Below are positions 52,864-64,000 of a stretch of DNA of 64,000 bases, one piece after another. Source of the stretch: Geosiphon pyriformis uo1 (taxonomy: Eukaryota > Fungi > Glomeromycota); NCBI GenBank assembly GCA_016748015.1, contig JAAOMT010000718.1, positions 310,001-374,000 on the forward strand, in the 5' to 3' direction. The notes beneath the pieces are model-generated. The model was given only the letters and a program-made list of their open reading frames with translations, made no database searches and was not told the DNA's origin. Position 1 is the first letter of the stretch. Each line of letters opens with the position of its first letter. The translations under genes were made by a program, and so were the position numbers.

Positions 52864-54765
52864 TTAACTGGTCCAAAATAGATCTTCGGCTTCTTTTTCG
52901 CTTATCTTTCCCAAATGATCTATAAAGAGATAAATTTAAGTTCATGAAAAATAAAATAATTGAAGAAATTTGTATATCAAACCTCTTATTATATCCATAA
53001 CCTCGACTATAAAAGTGAATAAATGAATGATGGGTTCATTTCCATTAACTAATCTATGTTGCTATTTTTATAAAATAAGATGAAATTAAACTCTTTTGAA
53101 TGATTTAATATGCAAAATTATGGCTTACATAATCTGCAGCTTTGTCTATTATGGAGCCTTTCACAAACTCGTCAACCTGGGCGACTATTGTGAATGCTAG
53201 TTTCTTGGAGAGTCACAAAGTAAATTTACAAATTAATAAATATTTCACTTAAAATATTAAAAATGACACATATATTACTAACCTTTATAATTACTGTAGG
53301 ATCACCTCCTTCTTCCAACATTTCAGTTAAGACACCAATTATTTGTTGTATCCTATGTTTGATAAAATATTGAATATCGAAGTTAACACTGGTGGAATAA
53401 ATTTAAAGAGAATACCTGTTTGCGTTTTGAGATTCCCTTCGGATTACTAATATGGAAATTCGTTCGATTTTCACCTCCCAACTGTATAAAGGAACATTGA
53501 TATATTCGTTTATAGAAGCAGCGCTAGACCTTAAAAATTAGAGAAATATAAATTTTAAGTATTAAAATAGAGTAACATGATTTCTTTATTACCATCGGCT
53601 CCTAATATTTTGCAAAATATCTATTGCTTTTCCAAGATCTTTGCCAGACGCGTCAGTTATTCTTTTAGGCAGACCTAGATCGATGGTAAAATTTTCTCGA
53701 TTACTAATCGTGTTAAGCACATTGGCAATCTATTGATTTTTATGACAAGCCAAGGATTATTTAAATAGAAACTTAAAAGTTAAAGCAAAGTTTTATTCAA
53801 ATTTACCTCTTCATGGGAAGGAGCTGGCACACGTATCATCTGACACCGACTTTTCAAAGGATCCATAATTTTACCAACACAGTTACAACAAAGAATAATT
53901 CTCAAATTTTTTGTATAAATTTCCATCGCACGCCGAAGAGAACCTTGGGCGAGTTTGCTCATCGAATCAGCTTCATGTAAAATCAGAACTATATTTATAA
54001 GCCCAAAAGATGATAAGATTTTATTATTAACCTAGTTAGTGGAAAATCATATTTCAATACAAATAAATCTTACCCTTGAATTGCTTCGGTGCTAAGAGAT
54101 TAGTTTGAACGATTGAGCCCAACTCATTCACTAAGCTTTGGATTACAGTGTGGTCATTAAATCCCATATTTCTGTAAATATAATATCAAGGCTTAATACT
54201 AATTTTAGTTAGTTTTTTAATGCGGTGGAGGTAAAGATTTAAAGTTTCGTTACCCTCTTAACTCGCAGTGATAAGTGCTGGAAGAGACCAGTGTTGCTTC
54301 TTTTTCAGTACCGTCGTTGTTAAATATCCGTCTTACATTATAATTTACCTGATCTTGTTCGAATTTAAAAAAATTCTAAGTTTATAACAGTTAAAATTGT
54401 AAGTCCTATAAACTAGGAGTTACCTTTCCGAATTCATGATTGTACAATTCCTGAAGGAGACAGCTCACACGCGTTTTCTTTCCAGCACCGTTGGGACCGT
54501 AAAAAAGGACATGAGGAAACTCCTTGTCGTTTGCCTAGTTTTTGATTATTAACGGTAAGCTTTCTCTCTTCACCTTGAATCATACTAAAAGGCTGAAAAA
54601 AGCGTTTGAGAAAAGCCCAAGACTGCTATTTGACCTATAAAGTTACATATAAGTGAAGTTTATAGAAAGGTTACTCACCAATAGTCTCAGTGTACGCGTA
54701 ATGTTGGGGTGACAAGTCAACTCGGAAAAGGCTCTTGGCCGGTACTTATCAACCCAATGTTGCAT
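52864..54765 (-). CDS. RFC5: Replication factor C small subunit, yeast Rfc5/human RFC3 type, divergent, multi-exon
   Basis: [58 protein letters not shown]. Terminal exon ends EDLFWTS*. Confidence 0.88.
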
Positions 54766-55757
54766 TTTACAGTTTAACTGGTAAAATTGGAAAAGTGATT
54801 AATTTGAGCCCAATAATTAAAATATTTAAAATAATGATAATCTCACTCTTGTAGATCATAATGCATATCAGGTATTGAGTACTACTTTTCGCACTAGCAC
54901 GCGCCTAAATTTTTCTTTTGCAATGGACCTCTATATTTTCAAGTCGAAAACTCATAAAGCAGTTTTTCTATATAAATTAGTGTAGAAGACTAGTGAAGTT
55001 ACAAAAGAGATAACAACCGCTTGGATTATCAGGACTCACACAGATGGAGGCTCTCTAAACCATCAGGACTTTGGGAATTTTGCGTGAACCTCACTAAGGT
55101 TACTATTCGTCGCTCATAAGCGTCTACCTACTATTCCTGTCCAGGCTTCGTCACACTCATAAGTGGTAACGACAATACAATTAATAGCAGTACTTTAAGC
55201 ATATTTAATGCTTTTACAATTAGTAACGTTTTGCTATGTCAGTTTTTCATAGATAAGGCTCATGTAGATTCATTGATGCTTCAAAAAAATCCAATGAAAT
55301 ATATCGAAAATATCAATTTTAACCGAGGGAATGATCTCGTCGATTATTCAAAATTGGACGAGATGACTATATTTTACTGTAAATTGGCATAACCTAATTT
55401 TATTATGTAAAATCATTGCTAGGAACCGACATCTCCAAAACCAGATTCTAGTTTTCAAGAATTTTACCTTTAGTCTATGTAAAAATATGATTTAGGAAGC
55501 ATCACGTGCAAGGTTCTCAGACTTTGAACCTTTGAAAATATCATACAAAATCTACATTTTGATTCTCCAGAAAATATATCAGCACGATTAATGATATGTC
55601 TTCATTTCAAGAGGTAATCATCAATGGATGAATTGCTATGTAACGCTTATTATTTCCTGCATGGTCACTATAGGAAGGCTCCATCAAGCAATGCCCGGAG
55701 GAAGACCCCGAACTTCATTTTCATCTCGATCTCACAATCCCACGATTCCGGCGACCA

Positions 55758-57000
55758 TTCGACGCCATTGTCATCCCTCCTTTTAAAGTGTCGGAGATGG
55801 TGACTCGCAAGACAAGAAAGATCAGACAAAAAACTGCCTGGAAAATGCTTTGCCGACATCATCTTGTGAGGAACGGGACACCTATTATTATGCCTCTTTT
55901 CGAAATGAAGCACGCTTTTCATTATCCAAAATGGTGGTAGGCTTGTAACGATGAGTAGTAAGCATCGATGGATTATGAAGATGAGTGATATAGAAACGGT
56001 TCCATTTAGATTTCGAAAAATTCTGTGCACAAATTGACATTGTTTGTCACAGATCTTTTCAAGTTCGAAATGATAGTGTATCGATGGACCTTGCCGATTC
56101 GCGTTTGCCCCTAACAATCAATGTTTCATGGATAATATTCGCGAGCGCTTTGCTGTGTATACTCCGAAGTAACATGCCGAGACACAAAATTTTCATGCGC
56201 ACTAGCTTCTGCTCGTGATGGCTTCGTAAGGCCACGATAGCGTCAGTTTTCTGTTCAACCTCCTTCGTAGTCGCTTCTGGCTCTTGGTTTCGTCAAATGA
56301 TGATGCTGTCAACATAATTTCACTAACTTATTTTTTATATGGATCACCAATAAGATGTGGAAGGATTGGCGCGATCACAAATATTAGCTGTATATTTCAC
56401 TAATGTCTTCAAGGAGGGCGCCCCATATTGCAGCTTTTCTGAGTCTTGGGTCTTCGTGTTCATTAGCGTCTTTTCCTACCCGAAAATCTGTGTGAAGCTT
56501 AAGTTTATCTTTGAGGCTTTATCCAAGCCTGTTGTAAGGGATTGATATAGGAATTTTCGGTATAAAGTTGCGATGTCGACTCCAATAGATAACAGTATTA
56601 TAAGCAAATCTCATCAAGCCTAACCACCGCTTCAAGAGCTGCTTTTGAGGATAGTCAGGTACATATTGATTAATAGTGTACGGTTGAAAGTATCTTTTGA
56701 CGTTTGTGACGAGCTACTGTCGCTTTTCCCTTGCACTTTTCGCCTGTTCTGATGTTCTTGTCGATGGCAGGCAGCTCTCCTTACCTGTTGATGGCAAGAA
56801 TGTGTTGTGAGAGTTTATGCTCGTCGAAAGTCGCATCGTCGAAGAGAACCAAAAGTTTTGCAGAGGAGTTATACTAGAGACACGAGCGTAGAGGTAGCCT
56901 TTTTGGTAATAAAAGTGGTGAAGGCAGCGATGGTAGGGAGTATCAGCATTTTAAGAAGTTGGCTCAGGAAGGCGAGGTATTCATTTTCGCGATTTTTGAA
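55758..57000 (-). mobile_element. Decayed IS607-like element: serine recombinase TnpA + TnpB/Fanzor2 nuclease relic (ends undefined)
   Basis: Minus strand: GYLYARVSS 56899-56873, EHKLSQHILAIN 56822-56787, RTLLINMY/PDYPQKQLLKRWLGLMRFAYN 56682-56597, LSFRT*KDL*QTMSI ~56076-56032. Plus strand: FDAIVIPPFKVSEMVTRKTRKIRQKTAWKML 55758-55850. Confidence 0.8.
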
Positions 57001-57218
57001 CCTGATTAGTATTTTTATTGATAGTCATTATTAAGCAAATATTTTCATCGGCATCGCAGTAGTGATGAAATTGTGCACAATTATGAAATATTGAATTTGA
57101 AACAGTTTCTCGTAAAAAAAAGTAAAATAGCAAAGCTACAAATGAAACTTGCCGGTGGATCCAAAAAAGCGAATATAGCAGCGTAGTGAGATAGTAATTA
57201 ATTTTTACAAAAAGATTA

Positions 57219-58252
57219 ATGGATGGGCAAGAACTTTATCGAGCATCAAAAAAACTTCAAAAGGAAAATGAAAAATTGGTAAAAAACGAAAAAATTCCAG
57301 ATATCGAGGAGAAACTATCAGAAACTCTTAATTGTGAACTTGAAGCACTGAGTTTAAATCGTTCACAATATGATAGAACTCTTGGGGAAAATATTAGTGA
57401 AAAACAATTTTTGAGGGATGAAACAGAGACTGGAATTATGGAAGGGAGGTTGGTTGAAGTCAAAGAAGGAAAGAATGAACTGAGGAATAAATTGGAATTG
57501 GTTCAGGATGAAAGTTTCAAGCTATCTGACGAAGGAACTGAAATTGAAGAGATTTCAAAGGGTGAAAAAGAAATTTCAATATTAAAAGAAGAGTTGCGAG
57601 TGATTCAAGATCGCGAAAGTGAACTTCAGATGAAAATCTCTATATTACAAGATAAACAATATCACACTATAGAAACTAGTGTCAGTGAACCTGTCGAAAA
57701 ATTTATCATTAACAGAAATGATTTGAAAGTATATCAAAACCAGGAGAACTCATTTAAACAAAAATTACTTGATTACGAAGAAGCTACAAAACTCGAGATT
57801 ACTACTCTTAAAGAAGAATTGAGTAAGCGAGATGAAAAAATTTATCAATTTACCAAAGAATTATCCGCCGCACAAGATAAACAAGAAAAACTTTTGAAAA
57901 CAGTAGAAAAAGTTGAAAGAATGTATAAAAAGGCAATTGAGGAGAGCCCAATTGATGATTTAACTGAACAATTAATAGAGAATCAACAACTTATTGCTGA
58001 ATACATTAAACGTGAGGAAGAGTATAAAAATGAGATTAAGAATATTAAATCAAAGGATATTAGTGAAAATAATTTCAATAATGAAACCCAAAATGAACAA
58101 GAAAAATTTACAGATTTAAAAAGAGAACTGACACAAGTAGGACAGTTTGAGAAAAAATTGGAAATAAGAATCGAAGAGCTTGAACGAAAATATAATCAGA
58201 AGCCATCATATAATAAGGATCTTGTTTTTGAATTGAAAGTGAGCCCATTTAT

Positions 58253-58292
<40 letters not shown>

Positions 58293-58768
58293 TTTGAATT
58301 TCTCATTAAATATATATATTCGATGCTAAATTTTTTTAACTCTGATTTTATTTAGGAATCTTTGGATCTCAATTTTCGTCAAACACAAAGCTTAGTATTG
58401 AGTCTTGCAAGTACAAATACACATATAAGCCATCTCAACGAAAGATGTCTATACTTGCAACAATTGTTTGAGAGAAAAAAATTGGATTGCAATGATGTAA
58501 ACATTATTTGATTCATAAAAAACATGACCCCTTTTTCCTACGTATTATCATTCATCGATAGATTTCCTTTCTGTCTTAGTTAGATCCAGATAATCCTTTA
58601 TATAATTCTTTTTTTTAAGATATATAAACGATTTCATTAAATTATTATATATTCAACTTAATGGCATTTCACTAGAAAGATATTGGTCAGAGTGATTTGG
58701 TGAAGCTGCTGGAAGAAAAGGAAAATTTGAAACTAAATTTAAATTCATTAAAGAAAAATTCTGGAATT

Positions 58769-58811
<43 letters not shown>

Positions 58812-58926
58812 GTATTTTAAAAATTATTTTGTCTTGAATAATTTATAAAATTTTGGGAGCCCGTTGAGATTATTAAATAATTTTCTCTTAGATATTGAAC
58901 AATCCAAGCTCGACGAGATCCGGTAA
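57219..58926 (+). CDS. Coiled-coil protein of unknown function (exons 57219-58238, 58356-58496, 58676-58811, 58892-58926; 3' end uncertain)
   Basis: Long E/K/L-rich heptad ORF with in-frame GT-AG introns and a poly-Asn tract. May continue to ~59130. Confidence 0.7.
58255..58283. repeat. (AT)n microsatellite in intron
   Basis: Direct inspection. Confidence 0.9.
58772..58810 (+). repeat. (AAT)13 microsatellite, coding poly-Asn
   Basis: Direct inspection; lies in the exon 3 frame. Confidence 0.85.
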
Positions 58927-59727
58927 TAAAATTTCCAAAGAAAATTTATATTACAAGTTTAAATGATCTGGCAGAATTATTAAAGGCATGTCTCCCCATT
59001 ACGAACAGATGTTTAGAATTGGTTTGAATTTATGCAGATTTATTATCATCCCATAATCCATAGGAAATCATGTTGACTCTTGAGTTGAATGATGTGAATA
59101 TGGTTATACCGATACTCAAAGGAATTTCTCAATGAATCAACTCTGTGATTTTTCTAATACGGTGGTTGATATTGTATTCCATAAAAGAGCTATGAAATAC
59201 ATTATGCAGTATAATACACTGAAAGGTATGTACAATATTGTCCCTAACCCTTTGAAATATTCCTTGGAGAATATTCCTCTCGGAACATAAACTATTTAGA
59301 GTTGTAGACACTTTGATTGAAATAGCGAGAGTTTATGATGAACATTAAAGAACAAAAAGAAAATCTTATTACATTTTCGTTCATCGTTATAATAACTAGA
59401 TTTTTGGATTAAGGATGTGACTGTTACTTTATAACACTTGATATCTAATTAATGTGTTTCTAGAATAAGAAAATTTTAATTTAAAAAATAAAGTTTTTCC
59501 AGTTCCATAAATCATAACTGAATTAAAATATTTTTTTTTCAGATGATGATCTTTTTAGATATTTTAACTTGATTAATTATCAATCTTTTATCGTAAAAAA
59601 AAAAATAAAAACAATTCGGTTGTTGTTTTCCCATGGTCAGCTAAATTAAGCTAGTATTATCATTCAAATAATGATAATACTTCATCCCAACCCAATTTGA
59701 AAATCAAACTTTTTTAATCAAAGGGTA

Positions 59728-60960
59728 ATGATTTCATTTGGTATCTTTAATAGGAAGACTAAGCTTGGAAACGGAATAAGTACCAGCTTCAAAGTTACTA
59801 GGATATTTGTGAGTTTATAAAAATTTATTCCCAACTTCTTAAAAGATCAAAAAATTTGTGTTTCGAACATATATCGACAAAAATCATTTAAACCTACTAC
59901 AACGTTCTCTGGTTTTTGGTTTTTGGTTTTTTTTTTCAGTTAAACTCTAGATATTTTCACACGACAAATATTTCAGCCATGAAAGTTGGTGATAAAATCC
60001 CCCCTGTGAATGTGAACGGTAAAACTCCAGGAGATATTATCGATATTGCCAAGTTCTTTAACCAATATAAAAAGGCTATTTTATTTGGGGTTCCAGGGGC
60101 TTTTACCCCTGGTACGTGATAATCTAAAATGAACTTTATGTTTTCACTTTATGAAATTTTTTTTTTTTTAATTGAACATTATGATGTTAGGATGTTCCAA
60201 GGTATATTTGGTTTAATAATTAATCCGTCGTCGCTTGAAAGTAATTATTCCATTCGTGTACAAATCCAATTTAATATCATTTTCAATCTTTTAAATAACT
60301 CGAAAACAAGACACATGTACCTGGGTACATTGAGAATTATGATAAAATTACAGCGAAAGGAGTCGAAAAAATAGCTTGCATTACGGTTAATGATGCACAT
60401 GTTGTGAACGCATGGAAAGAGAGCTTTAATGTGGGAGATAAGGTGGGATTTTTAGCTCCTTCATCCATTTTTTTTATTTTTTATTTTTTATTTTTTTACT
60501 AAAGGGTAGTCTTAGCTGAAATGTAAACCTATATGCTGACTTGAGCTTTTTTACATTATTTGATGTTTGGAACTGAATATATATTTCCATTTTGGGATTT
60601 CGATATAGATAACATTTTTAGCTGATCCCAGAGCTCAATTCATTAAGGCTGCCGATTTGGATTTTGAAGCTACTGGACTTGGTGGCGTGCGATCTAAACG
60701 ATTCGCTGCCATTATCGAGGTATATCTTTTTTGATGTGCTAAATCTTATTAATGAAAAAGGCATAATCTTACACCTTTGTCTTTTTTACTGTTACAGAAT
60801 GGGGTAGTAACGAAAATTAATATTGAGGTATATACTTAATTCGGGATTATATCATTCTTTTTCTTTATAAACTTTTTTTTACTCATTGACTTCATTTTCC
60901 TAGCCTGATAATGGTGGGTTATCTTGCTCTCTGGCAGGTGAAATATTGGAAGATCTTTGA
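59728..60960 (+). CDS. PRDX5: Peroxiredoxin, PRDX5/Ahp1 type (atypical 2-Cys), with probable mitochondrial presequence (exons 59728-59808, 59940-60111, 60191-60201, 60311-60442, 60609-60719, 60798-60827, 60904-60960)
   Basis: GVPGAFTPGCSKTHVPGY, ACITVND, FLADP, RSKRFA, EPD.GGLSCSLA; all introns GT-AG and frame-preserving. Confidence 0.93.
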
Positions 60961-61597
60961 TATTCATTTCGTGCATGTGTTTGGTAAAAAATTAGTCAAA
61001 TGCAAATAATTAATAACGTCTTGACTTGGGTAACGTCAATAAACATTTGAGAAAAAATAAAGTGTATGCATTCCAAATAGAAGAATTCTTTTTATTTTGT
61101 CTTTTTGAATGAAAAAAAATCAAAGGTGATTCTAAGAAAAAATTCAAAGAATTTCCTATATCATAATCTTTTTAACAATAAAAAATAAATAAAAAATCTG
61201 GTATCATTGTCCATTACAATATCTGGAGATGACGCAATTTAAAAGGGAAAATTTTTCATTAAAAATGGAATTGGTATGACTTCACACTGTATTATAAATT
61301 ATTATTAAAGGATTTTCATTTTAAATAAATTATAAATTATGTAATTGATCAATTTTAGAAACTTGACATTACCCAGAATAATTCCAAAATGATCATTTAT
61401 ATGCATATACGTAAGAACTATAGAACAACTCGTCTTCATGCTACCCACTTCTATTTACCGAAAATCAAACTTTCCAAACAAAGTCCTGATTTTCATGATC
61501 CAAAGTTTCAAAAAAATATACTTTTGGTTTCTTATTTTGAAAAAATAGGGATATCTATAACTTTTTTCTCTTGTGTTCTCCTTCCTTTTTCCTCTCC

Positions 61598-61690
61598 TCC
61601 TCTTCCTCTTCCTCTTCCTCTTCCTCTTCCTCTTCCTCTTCCTCTTCCTCCTACTTCTTCTTCTTCTTCTTTTTTTTTTTCTTCTTCTTA
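61598..61690. repeat. (CTCTTC)n/(TTC)n polypyrimidine microsatellite upstream of the last gene
   Basis: Direct inspection. Confidence 0.9.
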
Positions 61691-61875
61691 CTCTCACTTT
61701 CTCTTTTAAAATACTTTTTTTTTTTTTAAAATATTCCTTCTTAAAATCCCGAATATTTTATAAAAAAAAATTAATATATATCCTCTAAAAGTTTTTGTTT
61801 AAAAATTTTAATATCGTATAAAAAAAAAGAAAAGTTCATTCATTCGAGAATTCCCCGTGTCTAAAAAAATAAAAA

Positions 61876-64000
61876 ATGAAAAAACATCAAGTGCACTTCC
61901 TGGAGAATACACTGAAAAATCACCCAGAGAGAACACAAGTAAATAACAAGCTCAACTCCCGAAATTATTTGAGAGGAAAATCAGAGGAGGAATTGACTCC
62001 AAAATTTAAAAATTTACGTAGAGAAGTTGGAAATTCTGTAATATATTTTGATTCAGAATTACCAAAACATCATATTTATGGTAGTGACTATTTTGATATA
62101 ACATTTTCAGAACACGCTGCAATCAAAAGAAGAGAACGTTTATTAAGAAAATTAACCGGAATATTAGCAACTAGTGTAATAGGTGCTCTATTATTCTATA
62201 TCTGGTTCTCTTCAAAAAATATCTCAACTACACGTGCTTACCCTATTAGCAATCAGTTTGTTCCACCACCCCTTCATATACCAGATCAAATTCTTTTATA
62301 TCGTATTCTCGGAAATGATTTACCTCCTCGTCATAAAACTGGTCAAACTTTAAAAAATGTTCGATTCATTCTTGATAATGAGCCAAAATTTCCAAATACG
62401 AAAAAGTGGTGGATTCTAAATCGTATTGTGGACTTGGAATATGAAGCCGCACTAATTAATTTATTGAAACACCATAAGCAAGAATATATTAGAATCCCTT
62501 TTGACCCGGATGAATACATGAAACAAGATTTCCGTCTTGAAGATTTTCCTGAACCTGATTTTTTTCATAGTGATGAATACATGAGGTTCACAAAAGTCGC
62601 TAAATTAAGAACTATAGATTACACCTACCATGAAAAGAATCTTTATGCCATGAATAATGTGAGTTCAAATGTTACTTTTCAATTTATCTCTCTAATTAGA
62701 TTTTAATCATTTCTTTCATTTCACTTTTTTTTTTTTTTTCAGAACGGTGGTCGGAATACCGCATTATTTCATGGCAAAAGTCAACCTCGTGCTCGATGGA
62801 TTTTACCATTTGATGGAAATTGTTTTGTGACCACTAATGCGTTTGCCGAAATTTCCTCTAAATTAGAACAATGGGGTGATAATTACAAATACTTTATTGT
62901 TCCAATGGCAAGGTTACTTAATAATACTGAATTGTTGAGTGGACTTGACCGTCGTCCAGTCACTCCTGAAGAGCCACAAATCATTTTTCGAAATGATGCC
63001 GATGAAGCTTTTAATATAGATATGAGATATGGACGCAGATCAAAGGTTTGTTTTCTCAATTACTCTATCGATATTTTTTCATACTTTTTTTGGGAGAGGG
63101 AAAAATTTCAATTTTTATATCTCATCTCGAACAGCTTGAACTATTATGGCGTCTTGGAGTTATTTCACCGAGAAAATTGCAAGATAAACCATTTATCCCA
63201 TGGGAATCTAGAGAAGTAGAATTTTCTCAGGATATAAATCAATATAAATCAATCGGTTGGGTATTCCGTCTCTTCTCGGGACAAATTCAACAAGAAGAAA
63301 ATAAAAAGGAGGCCTCTTATCTGCGTGCATTAAATCGTTTGTTAGCTATACAAGAGTTTCTTGATAGTATTGACGAACGTTTGGCTAGAAAATCTCAAGG
63401 TTTTGACTCAAAAAGCCTATTTCAATATGATGAAAAACTAATGAATCGTGAACGACTTCACTATTGGTCTGGAGATGCAAAGGTTTCCCGGGTCGTCAAT
63501 CAATTGATTAAGCATTGTGATCGTCTGGTGAAGGATGTTTCTTACATGTTTCAGGAGTCGACAATCTCTGTTAATAACAATTCGGCCGTTCGCTATTTGG
63601 AATTAAAAAATCCAGAAAATGTTGCTTCTCAGGAAAATTTTATAAGCTCGGAGAATTTAAATGAAAATACCGAAGAATCTATGGACATCTTACTAGATAA
63701 TGATGATTCAGTTGATCAAAATGAATCATCATCATCATCATCACCATCATCACCACCGCCACCACCACCGCCCGCTACTACCAATTATATCAATGATATA
63801 CTGTCTCCAAAAATTAATCTTCCAATATTGTTTGAGAACGTTACCACCTTGGCATTGGCTCATTATTTTTCAAATCATGAGCCGTATGCTCGATGGGCGG
63901 CTAATCTTGTCCGAACATTTCTTTTGTCCACTTATTCTGTCGGTGATCCTAATGACCTTGAAGTGGGAAGCTCTAGTGCCGATTTCGACGCTTTGAACGA
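61876..64000 (+). CDS. Type II membrane protein with a glycosyltransferase-like domain followed by the start of an alginate-lyase-like helical domain (exons 61876-62658, 62743-63045, 63135 to window end)
   Basis: Single TM (GILATSVIGALLFYIWF); YRILGNDLPPRH, NNNGGRN, WILPFDGNCF, EEPQIIFR, YGRRSKLELLWRLG, GWVFRLFSG; then ENVTTLALAHYFS..YARWAANLVRTF. Family assignment from recall. Confidence 0.75.

Noticed and set aside
54960-55200. Candidate Fanzor omegaRNA or element right end
   Set aside because: GC-richer tract downstream of the relic, but no structure or end motif could be supported by eye; needs homologous copies.
55668-57034. ORF-track entries 55668-56117, 56357-56545 and 56807-57034 as host genes
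   Set aside because: Off-frame or antisense readings of the IS607/Fanzor relic; no recognisable domains.
61389-61788. Arg/Lys-rich, Leu/Phe-rich and Pro/Leu-rich ORFs
   Set aside because: Translations of the (CTCTTC)n/(TTC)n microsatellite.
63700-63996. Poly-His ORF
   Set aside because: Shadow frame of the Ser/Pro linker (SSSSSSPSSPPPPPPP) in exon 3 of the 61876 gene.
49794-64000. Bacterial endosymbiont or contaminant origin of the gene island
   Set aside because: The genes carry GT-AG introns and are eukaryotic types; only the IS607-like relic has prokaryotic ancestry.

Overview
AT-rich eukaryotic (fungal) DNA with spliceosomal introns. From recall, the TE proteins resemble those of Glomeromycotina such as Geosiphon; this was not verified. 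Positions 1 to ~49,660 are a nested transposon graveyard: two RNase H-bearing LINEs, three readable Ty3/gypsy LTR retrotransposons (one partial, one inserted into the other's LTR), an older hypermutated 'ghost' gypsy carrying a 2.2-kb internal inversion, two solo LTRs, and unreadable AT-saturated DNA. The gypsy elements have an unusual layout: a Gag-PR-Cys-rich-dUTPase-RT-RNaseH frame ending at a conserved stop, then an integrase ORF with its own ATG, then a conserved non-Env third ORF. TE damage is overwhelmingly C>T/G>A transitions. From ~49,790 there is a CpG-retaining gene island: a C1orf109-like protein, UDP-glucose 6-dehydrogenase, a divergent Rfc5/RFC3, a coiled-coil protein, a PRDX5-type peroxiredoxin and a glycosyltransferase-like/alginate-lyase-like membrane protein. 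Between RFC and the coiled-coil gene lies a decayed IS607-like element (serine recombinase TnpA plus TnpB/Fanzor2) that the ORF track does not show.
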